Source of the DNA: Phoronis australis | Lineage: Eukaryota > Animalia > Phoronida | Direction: 5' to 3' | DNA: 64,000 bases | NCBI GenBank assembly: GCA_002633005.1 | Contig: NMRA01000094.1 | Span: forward strand, 148,208-212,207 | Part shown: positions 13,001 through 25,000 of the stretch, one piece after another | Layout of the letters: the number at the start of each line of letters is the position of its first letter | Numbering within the stretch: the first letter of the stretch is position 1 | The notes under the pieces: generated by a model | Told to the model about the DNA's origin: nothing | The model's input: the letters and a program-made list of their open reading frames with translations, nothing else | Database searches by the model: none | Program-made: the position numbers and the translations under genes

Positions 13001-16000
13001 TTAGATGTTATCATACGCTCAGAACCCCCTTCGTCTGGTAAAGTCACTGAACGGGAAAACGCTGTCATCTTGAAGTAGTAAAGATTAGTCAGTTCATCTC
13101 AAGCTTGAGACGCTTTCTAATTTGAGTAAAAAGTTAACTATTCTCCCGCAGGCATATTATCATTCAAGTATCATATTGAGAAGCTAACACCGCTTGGAAC
13201 AAAGGATCCAACAACGTCGGAACCAACTTCTTGGACTGACGTCACCACCTGGTTAAACGAGGACTTAACGTTGGGTTCTAGTGTTGTCACGCCCGCAGAT
13301 GGCGACACGTTCAAGGTATTCAAAGGCTTTCTGGTTTGAACATTCAAAGACAAGGCACACACGCATTATGCTTGGTGCTGACGAATTGTACCTCAGACCA
13401 TTGAGATTGTACATAGCCATTTGAAGACATTTATCTAAGCTATAAACACTTTCCGAGAAACATGCATGCCTTGTATAACAACAAGTATTTTTACTATTCT
13501 AACTAGGTAATTGAGGATCGAGGTTAATGTTTGACCTTGGAAATGTTCACGGTGTTTTGTACATTTTAGACTTGGATTCATGCCACCGACATCATGGAAA
13601 ATGAGATTTCAGACAACATTATGATACACTTCGACTCGTCGCCAGCTGAATTATGGGATATGTGGCTAATAAAAGACGGGCACACACAGCTATATATACA
13701 TGACTCACATGAACTGCACAAGATGAAATTAGTTTTCGAAGCTCGTGACGTACATAGTGGTGTGAGAAAGGTGTTCTACAGGCTTGGAGTGGAGTCTGGC
13801 GGCACTATGGAACATGGTCAGGGAGCTATACCGGTCCGCCACTTGGGTACTGGTGTAAGTGAAATTTCACAAGTTAAAAATTACAGATTAAAAATTTATC
13901 AAAATAACATATTGCAAATCCAAAATTTAAGGACCGATAATTGACTGTGCCTGGACATAAGGATTTTTGATTTTTCTCACTTGAGTGGTAACACCGTGAA
14001 GAATAGTACCATTTCAGTAACCGGTATAACTAATCAAATGAAAGTCTCACGTACTGGGTAAATGCAACTAGTGTGATTGTTAATCTGTAGTATGACGCAA
14101 TATTTTCAGGCGTTGCAGAACAAACTATTGCCAATAGACAGAGACACCGCATCGTTCAACCTTATCATTCATAATAGCTGAGTGTATGGAAAGGGATATC
14201 TAACAGATATTCCAGGAAATATAAATTATAACGACTTCAATGGGGGGAAGGACTTGTGATTGATTGTTCGACTGGTTTGTGTGGTTTGGGCAAAATAAAC
14301 AATGTGGCATTTCTCTGAACAAGTATGATTTTTAATAATTTGTCTGATTGAAGAATAAAATCAGGCAGGATTCGACACTCAATTTGTGATCGATTGGTGT
14401 AAACATGCTTTGGGGGTCTCTTTTCAGGAGAACTGTCCCTCTGGAGGGGATCCATGCTACTGTCCAAAAGTTGGCCCTTGTGAGTACACGTCATATAGCT
14501 TAGACCTGAATCCAATCGTGGCCAACAACACTCACATTGGACTTCACAACAGAGACTACTTTTTCGAAATCGAGGTTGAAAACGAGGCGAGGCTTGTCAA
14601 GAAATTCGAGTTGAAAATTCACACTGATAACTCTCCGCCTACGAATGGAACAGTGTGGGACGGAGGTCCTGGCCAGAAGGATGTCGACTATAGAAGTGAC
14701 AACGCAGTGGTTGGCTCTTGGGGTGGATTTGTCGACTATGAAAGTGGCATTAAGTATTACAGGTGAGTATTCTGTCGGGTACCGTGATTCCAGATGATGG
14801 GCATTCTGTTGGATGAAATTCACAGTTCCTTATCACTAATCTCAACTTTCTATGTCCATAACATAAAAACACCACCCCTGTAAAAAGCAACTTTGATTTA
14901 AGCTACTTACCGTTCAAAATTCTGTTTCATCTTGTTTCTTACTCAGATTAGAAAGATTTTTCGACACAGACTGACAGTTCGCCACAGTCTAAGACTGAGG
15001 ACCATAAACTTAGATTGTCACGGCGGATTAGTTTCAGCCGCCGAAACAAATTACAATATGGCAGACACGGGAATTCTAGTCATTTTATTGCAACCAGTCT
15101 CAATTCAAGCAAAGTATAAGAACGCAGGAACGCGATGACGTGGCTTTAGAAATGCAAAACAGTGAAGAAAGTCCATTTTGAAACAGGAACACGGTTTACA
15201 GTGGTCTTAAATGCATTAATTGGGAACAGTTCTTAAGGTAAGAGAGTCCCACAGATTAGCTTTTTTATTTCAGTGTGGTTATATGTTATATATGTAGTTT
15301 GTTTACCGGCGTTTACGCTTACCATAATATGCTACTTATTTACTTAATGATACAAAGGTTCTTGTTATTGTTCATCGTTTACTTATATTCTTATACAATT
15401 CAGATACGCCGTAGCTGATCGATGCTGGACCACCGATGAACTTTACAACAGTGGCACCAAGACCACAGATACAACAACCGGAAGTTTAACGACGTCACTG
15501 ACACACTATTTTGTAAGTGTGATTGCCATCAACAACGCCGTCACCCCGTCAGTACCGTCTTGCACTGACGGTGTTGTAGTGGACAAGACTCCGCCTGTGT
15601 TTGTTAGCTACAAAGTTCCTCACGGCATATTTACCAACAATCAGCCTCCAATCTATCACCACAAGGATACGCTGGAACTCTTTTGGGTCTTCAACGAAGC
15701 CGAGAGTCAAATACATGACTACGAGATAGGATTTGCATCCGCGGAAAATAAACAGGCTAGTCCTGATATTGTGGACTATCAGACGACTCACATGAAAGCT
15801 CACTTCAAAAGGCTTCACACTGGATTTGGCCAGTCTTCGCGCGTCTTTGTCATGATTAAAGCTATCAACAAAGTCGGATTAGAAACCGTAAAAGCCATCG
15901 GGCCCTTCATCATAGACCAGACGCCGCCGACAACCTCAAAATCTTTCACACCATCTATTGGAGCAGGTGCTGTTACTCTCTCTTGGTCTGCGACGGACTT

Positions 16001-19000
16001 TTCGGATAACGACGATGAAAACGCACTGGCGAAATTCAAATGGGCTTTAGGTAATGTACCTTATTTAGTAAAAATAAGAAAATGTGTTTAAACTGTAACA
16101 ATTTTAGTGGCATCAGAAATGGCCGTCTTACAACGTTTGTGTTTTGGTTGATTTGCTGGAAACTAGTTGTCACAAAGTCTCCACTAATTAGTCCTTTAAG
16201 GTTTGACTTTTTTCTTTTACTAATGCAGGAACAAACACAAATGTTCAAGAGCTTGTGAAATTCACAGACATCCAAGTCAACGCAGGAAAGTACCAAGCCA
16301 GTTTCCCCCTCAATACACTTGTTGAGCACGATAATGAGGCTGACAAAGAGTATTTCTTTGCCATTGAAGTCTTCAACACTGTTCATCTGTCTGCCATTTT
16401 CAAGTCAGAGGGATTTCGCTTACCAACAACTACCAAACCACCAGTCGGTGTCGTACAAGACATTAGCGACGACAGTAATGCTGCTTCTGAGCCAGACATA
16501 GATTTCCAATTTAGCACCACAAAGATGTGTGCTAAATGGTCAGGCTTTGAACATTATAGAGACACCGTCACCTATAAAGCTGCCCTGGGGTTATCCGCCA
16601 ATAACGATGACATCAAGTCTTTCACGAACGTTAACACAGCAAAATCTCATTGTTTCACGGGCTTGTCGCTTCCTGAGAAGATGGTTTATTTCATTGTCAA
16701 GGCCACAGGAAGCATTGGTGAAGTAACTGTGGCGTCTGATGGTGTTCGTATCGTTGACCAATCTGTTCATCAATCAGAGTTGGAAGTTTTTGACGGTTGG
16801 GGATGTGAAGAGTTATCGTCTTGTTCCAGCGACACCTCTTATCAGAGTTCACGCCTTCATGTAGCCGGATGGTGGCGCCATAGTGGTAACCTAAACGCTC
16901 TATTCACACACTATGTAGCCTCGATAGTGGAAGATACTTGCACGCAACAGTCAAACGCAATATCGTGTACTGAGGTCGGTAGCGTGCTTGCTGATGTCAA
17001 TGTGGGCAAAATGAACAGGTATGTGTTCGGAAATCTCAGTCTTGTCAGCGGCAGAAAGTACCATGTCAAAATAGCTATGTGTTTTCAAACGAGTTGTTTA
17101 CCAGCAGTTGCTTCCAGCGGAGTTCTCATCTACAACAACGATGTTCAACCGTCCACCATTTCCGCCTTTGTTGCCTCCGTGAAAAAAGTTAATGACAGCC
17201 TGACTGTGGTCATTGACGCCGAGTGGACTCCGTTTTCCGTCACCGAAGGGTCACTGCAAAGTAAAGCAATCGAACACAAGTGGGCTGTGACGTCAGAGCC
17301 TGATGGAAAGGCATCAATCACAAATTGGACAGACGTGTCGTCGTCATATGGGTCAACCAAGATACAGGTTTGTGCTATGATTTTGCGACGGGTTGCTTAA
17401 GTTCAAATGGTCATTTCACAAAGGTTTATAAACAAACATAAAACTTGATAAGGTGAAACGTGTCCCGTCCTACATGCGTTTACGTGTAATTGTTTGAAAC
17501 CTGACAAAGACCAAAAGTAAATATACGTCTCCTTCAGGCGATTTCATAAAGGTGATTTAACAAAACCAGGTTTAAGACTTAAAACTGGTCTTCCTAACCT
17601 GGTCTAATTTTAGACTTATCTCGCATTTTACCAATGTGGTTTAAAAGTCTGAAAGCCTGGTTTCGATAGACCAGGGAGCGGGTTTAGTAAAACCTGGTTT
17701 TAAGTATCCAAGCCACCTTTCTGTGTCAATCTGGATTAAACCAACAAAGAAAATGATGTAGTGCTTCATGTGGGTATAAATGACACACAGTAGTAGAATC
17801 GGTATGGGCATTTGAGAAAAAGGTCTATAAGCTTTTTTCATGAGGAAAAATGTTCCCTCCCAGAACTGATCAGAGAAAAAGCCAATGTAATAGATATCAA
17901 GAACCTGGAGTCAAATCAATTCAACGTAAGCATCAGACTTGGAGTGATATTGGTCCAGACTGGCTGCACATAGTTCCCACAATCGGAGAAATACAGCGAC
18001 AAACAGTTAAAGTGTATCACAAAAAAATGAAGGCCAGAAGGAAAATTTCATCAGTGAAAATTTTGCAAAGAAAAACGGCGAAGGTCCCAGTGGCAAATCT
18101 AGGATATCATCGGGGGACATTTTTCATTTTGTAATGTCTGTGCCCAACACAGCACACGAATGCTTACGATTAGCCGTAACATAATAAATGTCCAAAGTTA
18201 TTTCCGTGTCATTTTACTGCGAACAAGTTGGGGGCAGGACCCCTGCCCGGCAAGTCTAAATAGGGGACCAATGGAGGTAGAACTCAATCAGAAGAATCAG
18301 AAGATGCCGTCTTCAGTCAAGCCCATAGCGTTTAAGACGATGACGCCCTGCTCGACCTGTCGTATTCAAAAGAATGCAAAGGACATCCTGCTGCACGAAC
18401 TGGTCTACGCATAGGCGGATCCAAGGGGTCAAGGGGATCTGGACCCCGTTTTTCTCTTGATTTTAGAGATATCAAATCTAGAATTTTCAAGTAGTTGACT
18501 TGGACTCCCCTTTTTAAAAATAGTCTTTGATGACTCCCCCTCCCTTTTAAAAACCCGGGATCCACCCTTGCTACGTTTGATCTTGTGTCGTCGTAAAACT
18601 AGTTGTGAAAATAGTCCGTTCTCGCTCTAAAGCTGCGTCGTAAATGCTCACCGCGGCATCATTTAACTGCACCTATATCATATAAATCTGTCTATTAAAA
18701 CCGGTGCTGACCAAGTCTAAACTTAAACCTGGTTTAAGATCTTAATACAATTCTAAGGAATATAGACGTCGTTGGTGAAATGAAAACGGACTTAGACCAT
18801 GTCTAAAGTGGGGTTAAACCAGGTTATACTAGACCATTGGTCTAAAAGTTAAACCACCTTTATGAAATTCAGATTATCTTTAAACCTAGTCTAAGTTCAA
18901 TTAAAGCAGGTTTAACTTTAAACCACCTGTATGAAATCGGCTGGTTGTGTTCGCTGAAACACAGGCTAGAAGTTAGAACATTTGAATAAAAAGGAGAATG

Positions 19001-22000
19001 TTCAATTTCTTTCAAAACATCAATATATTTTGCCAACATTTCGATTACAGGTATCCCATGAAATTCACCTGAAGCACAAGCCTCTGAAAACTCTTCACTT
19101 CTCCGTCAAAGGTTATAACCCTCTTGGCACCTGTGCCATATCCTCAACACCTCTACCTTTCGAGATTGGTGACACAGGAATCGACGAAGGTCACTATATA
19201 TTTGATTTACACAGCACTGATGGCGTGCGAAGTCTCATCAACAGCGAGAAACTTGGAGAGAGGTCACGTATTCTACATTCTCTAGATTTAGATTACGTTA
19301 CACGTACCACTTCTGTGTCTGCTGCCATTTCAGGATTACAGTACCCCGCATACTATTGGTACATCACAGATACCCCAGGAGCTGTACATCACTACATTCA
19401 GTGGTCCTATAACTTAACGGATCACCCTGTTAATGCCACTAATGCAACAATGCTAATGCCTTTTGGTTGCGCTTTTGGAATGAAAGAATGTATTGGTAAC
19501 CAAATCTACACAGTCAACAACTTCGTAACTTTCACTGGCCTCAGTTTAAATCACGGGACAAAATATTTCACATGTGTACACTGTAACGAAACAGTTATTG
19601 TGCGCGAGAAATCCAAGCAGAGGCTGCCTGAGCTGCGCATGTGCAGCAATGGTTACATTGTAGACACGACGTCACCAACACCGGGAACTGTAAAAATGGA
19701 CACAGTGAGTGATGGATTTACTTACAACAATAAAGAGTTGGTGATCACGTGGTCAGGATTCACTGATCTGGAAGAGATGGCGGGAGAAGGCATGTTTCAT
19801 TCCAGTGGAATAAAGAATTATCAATATGGAATAGGTAAAGCTCCTCCCAAATTTATATCATAATTAGTGTAATCTATTTGAAAAACGACATGGCCTTCTA
19901 GCAATTTTGTTGCTATGGGATAGAATTGAGCAGGATATGGCTATTTAAGCAATGTTAAGTGGTGTACACCTGGAATGAGTAGTCGGCACTTCTGTACTTA
20001 AAGAAAAAACCATATCTCTAATTGGTAAGCTCAACAAAATCACACTTCCTATACAATTCTCGTTGTCGCTCCAATGAAAATGTCAAAGGGACGCGTTCCT
20101 TAGCTTCAAGAGACCATCTTCTTGGTTCTAAGGGCGGGGTCTATCATCGTTTACACAGCTACTGGCAATTGACCGGAGACTGAATATTTAGAAAAAAACA
20201 CTCGTTTAATGTAACCAAGGAATATGATATTGTATAATTCTCTTGCACAACAAGCGCTAATAGATTGTGTGCTCTTTGGAAGGTACATCACCGGGTGCCG
20301 TGGACGTTCGTCAGTTTGTGGACGTTGGTGAATCCCAAAGTGTGACAGCGACTGGGCTTAGCCTTGAATCAGGGACAACCTACTATGCCACCGTCAGAGG
20401 TAATTTACTTTTTCACAACTCCTAAACTAAACAGGTTTCTTTCAGTCGAAACCTGACGTGCATTTTTCCTAAAAACGCTTTTTTCAACATAGATGTCCAA
20501 CATTATACTATTAATATTCTTTTTAAGAAAGCCATGTTCTTTTTTACAGCTTACGACCATGTTGGATTGTGGACTGATGCAGTTTCTCAAGGCGTTCTCG
20601 TAGATACAACGCCACCGGAGCCCAGTTTTGTCCGAGTTGGAACCCTAAGTCGCCACACGCCTGCTGTTCACTGCGATCGCTTTGAAGTTCACTGGGGAGA
20701 CTTCATAGATAGCCACAGCGCATCCTTGACATACAAGATAGCTATAGGAAGGCATCAGCACAGTCAAGACATTTCGCCTTTTGCAGAGGCAGCCCACAAC
20801 TTCGCTATCTTTTCCGGGCTTTCTCTCGTCAAAGGGCACAGTTATTACGCACAGATAAGTGTAAGTATTTTGCGAATAATTATCAGTAAAACTGTTGTTG
20901 AGTTTGAATTAAAGTGCACTTGTTACTTAAAGCATCATTCTGACAAACTCGGGCTCATAAAGAGATTGCAGCTCAACATAGTCGTTGTTCGTTTCTGTTG
21001 TTGGCTGCTTTTCCGTTTGCTCTATTGTGGTGAATCGAACACCTTTCTTTAGCGTATCCAAGGTGTTCCATCGAAATTGGAACTCGGGAGTCGAAAACAG
21101 ATTCCCACACCTTCAAAAGAGCTAACCAGCCCTAAAAACACGAATCCCGACCTGCAAAACCGGAATTTACCCCGAGGATTGGACAGGACATCTGGGACAT
21201 CCGGAGACCAAAACACCACTTCCACGGCTACCTTGGTACCTTTAAAGTGCTTTGTGTTTATACGACATGTGTCAATTTCCCATTTTGATGATAAAATAAA
21301 TCTTCCTAGGATTATTCTAAAAACCCCTCGAACCCCACACCCCACAACCCCCTCGACCCATGACCTCTGCAACCCACAACCCCATCGACCCATGGCCCAC
21401 AGCCCCCTTGACCCAGTCTACACAAGCTCGACTCGATCTGAACATAGAACAGGCGTTGACTTGCAGGACCAACGAGTCGGCCGTTAGCTCGGCTGGCTTT
21501 TCCCCGTTTTTGCAAATAAGAGAGTCGATTTGGCAAGTTTGAAAGCCAAAACCAGAAAAAACAACGCTGCCAAATCAAATCAAAGACCTACCAACGTTAA
21601 AAATGTCGTTCCCGGCAAAGTGTAATCGTCTCGTCTGCTCTTCAGTGAATGGCAGATTCAAGCTTTTTGGGAGAGTGCGAGGAACCGACGAATTTTGTGT
21701 AATTTCTTCAAAACAAAATGTTAACTAAAAAGTATATCAAGGTTACATATAGCATAATTATTGTGAACGAGTAATTTTCATAGACTGTTACGTAATTCTG
21801 ATACCTCAGTTGTGAAATATGTATACTACGCATCTAAAAAAGGAACACCTTGTGTATTGCTGACTAGTTTGCATAGCACCGCAATGATCTTGTTTGTGTG
21901 TTTGTTGTACTTTGGGCCGATGGCCATGTGTACAAATAAAGAAGAAGAAGAAGAAGATTGTAAACGAGTGTACAACAGAAAACAAATAATAAAAAAATGT

Positions 22001-25000
22001 GAAATTATGACCATTCGCGTTAAACGTACTCTCTCCCTAAGTTTCGTAGAACAGGCCCATTGTTCGCCGCTCGTGGAACTATTTCCGTGACAACGATAGC
22101 ACGCCCACAATTCACTATATCAAATCATGATCTTACGCAACTTTCTGTTTTTAACCACCAGACTTGAGTCAGAGCAGATTCACTTGTGGGTAAGTCTTAT
22201 GGGAAAGTCATTCAGCAACGTAGTAAGATTATGAAATGCGTAAAAAGCGCAAAGATGGATCTATTGCAACGGGTCGTGGGTCGAGGGAGTCATGGTTCGA
22301 AGGGGATTGTGGGGTGTGGGGGTCTAGGGTGTTTTAGCACAATCCATATTCCTACTTTAAATATTTGTTTTGATATGATGTTTTTCCATATGATAATTTT
22401 AGACAACTCATGACCGATTAGCATTCTAGTGTTATTCTGCTGCTAAAGTTGTGGTGCGATCTTTTGCGTCGGCTTTCGGCACCATGAACTATTGCGTCAC
22501 CTATAGGTCAGTTTCTTTTCCCCTAATTTTTCAATCAACTGTTTTTCTTCCACGAGGTTGCGTACATGTCACAACAAATTATAGGAACTGGTTTCATTCG
22601 GTTACAAGCTTTTTAGTATTTTAATACCAGCAAACCGAATTTCAGAAAAAATTTTACAGCAGTGATTCGCCAAAAGAGATTGAGAATGCGTTGAGTTCAG
22701 AAAGTCTAATTCCAAATTCCGTTAAAATGATCGATGAGGAGATGAAGCAAAATTTTTTTAATGCAAGAACGGTAAACTTGATGACGGCACAGGTCTTTTG
22801 GTTAAATAATTCAAAATCCGGAAATTGACTGTGCCGGAAACATTGTACTCTCGACAAGTAAATCGACGAACTCTAAAATGCGGTCATTTGTAGATATTTA
22901 AAGGAATTAATCAACAATGGCGCTCGAAAGTCGAAATCATATTTTTGTTTTTCTTTTTTGAAAATATTTTTGGAGAAACTATTGAATAATCTGAAATTAA
23001 CTGAATATTCACCGAGATAACAACGTGCTGAGAGTGTACATTATGTTGAAATTCGCCTACACAGTTTACCGATAAAAATCAATTAACAACGTCAATATAA
23101 TATAACTTACGTTTTACTATTGACAACATGTAACAAAAAATGTAGAAAACAACTAGAAAGTACTTGAAGATGCTTGAACTCGAAGTTTTATCCTACTTAC
23201 TTCGTCTTAGAAATTTTGAAGAATTGTCCGGAATTCCTGTCCGATGCCGGGGGTTCCTGTTTTAAACGCCGGGGTTCGTATTCTTCGGGCTGGTTAGCTG
23301 TTTTGAAGGGACGGGGGTCTGTTTTCAACTCCGGGATATCTGCTTTACACTGGCATTCCAATTTCGATGGAACACCCTGATATTTGGTGTTACTTAGAGC
23401 ACGTAACACCGATTCGGTTAGCCTTAAAAAGAGTGCATGTGTTCTGATGTCATTTGCGGTGCATCAGACGTGCGCATGCCTCATCTTTGGGCCCATTGCA
23501 CAAAACACCTGAGCTAGGTTAGCCATTCTTGCCCACAGTTTGTTACCGGTTAAGAATGAACGATGAACGATATACCGTCTTTTGATAGAACTGGGGTCTG
23601 ACGGTGATGAATTTGTTAGCACATTTCAAAAACACTAAAGAATTTTGTTTTAGGGTACCAATGTCGTTGGATTGACTGCTTCAGCAAGTTCACCAGTTTT
23701 CACATGTGATGATACTCTGCCATCCAAAGGATTTGTTTATGACGGTGACGACACTTCAAAGGTATGCATGAATAAAGAATGAGATGTTAAAGTGAAACAT
23801 GCACGCTAATTCTTCATCTCTGTGATTTCTTGGTCAAATTTGTCAGAAACACAACATATAGCGTCGTTGTGAATTTGAAGTACGTTGAAAATTGCCGAAT
23901 GTTTTCGAGAACCTGTTTTGTATCGAAAATGATACGCCGTAAATCACTCACCCATGTCCAGTAAGTATCGTGACGTGGTGTTGGGGAATGATACTTCATG
24001 ATGTGGGCTAAGTGAGCTCCCAAGGTACGTCATTAGTGCAAAGGTCACCTATTTACAGAATTTTTTGTTTTCACATTTTCAAGATGTCAAAGAATAAAAT
24101 TGCAGTTTGTTTAGCGTAGGTGATGTTCAAATAGCTTTTTGGTTTAGTAACTGCTATACATTAGCATAGTTTGGAGCATGCAAATACATCTTTATGGAAT
24201 AACTTTAATGACGGCGACAGCACGTCACAAGCATGCATGGCTAAGTTAAGTGATGTTTTGAACTTTGCTAACAAAAGATGGCAACGTATGCCTGACTAAG
24301 TTACGTTAGGTGAAGGATCTTGAAGTTCGTTAATGACGGAGAGTACAGATCAAATCCAGGCCTATGCATGGCTCAGCTAAGTGACGGTATGCAAGAAGCT
24401 TCATGCTTGCCCACATAATTTGTCCCCACAAAGACTCTGTGTGTGTTGCTCAAGGATCAATTTTTGTCTTAGGATGCAGATTATCAGCAAGACACAACTT
24501 CGCTGTCGGCTAACTGGTTTGGATTCCAAGATGCGGAGACAACTGTGAGATACATGGTTGCAGTTGGAACTGAAGCTGGCAAACAAGACATTCACACGTA
24601 CGAAGATATTGGACAGTCCACGGGTAAATACATTGAACGTTCAGTACAATTTGAAGTTAACTGATCAATGCAAGCTGTTGACTCTGGTAATGTTGATACT
24701 GTTCGCACGTATGAAGATATTGGAGAATCCACGGTTAAAAATGTTGAACCTTCAGTACAATTTGATGTTACACAGTCGTGGTCAATAGAAATCTTTGGTG
24801 TGTTAATGCGCTGCTCGTGTTCCAGTAGTGGTTGAGGGTTTTAGGGCTTGGAATGAATGACCAGTGACAAAAAGGAAAAATTTCGAGGTGGTGTATTGTC
24901 CCCAAATAAATAGGCATGTCTGATACTTTTTGTGTTGTAAAATTTAACTGAAATAAACGCTTTGAATAAAGTCAAAATACTGATAAAAAGAGATGAAAAA

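Noticed and set aside
17850-18134. Myb/SANT-like remnant inside the Harbinger-like element
   Set aside because: Only a faint resemblance; too degenerate to call
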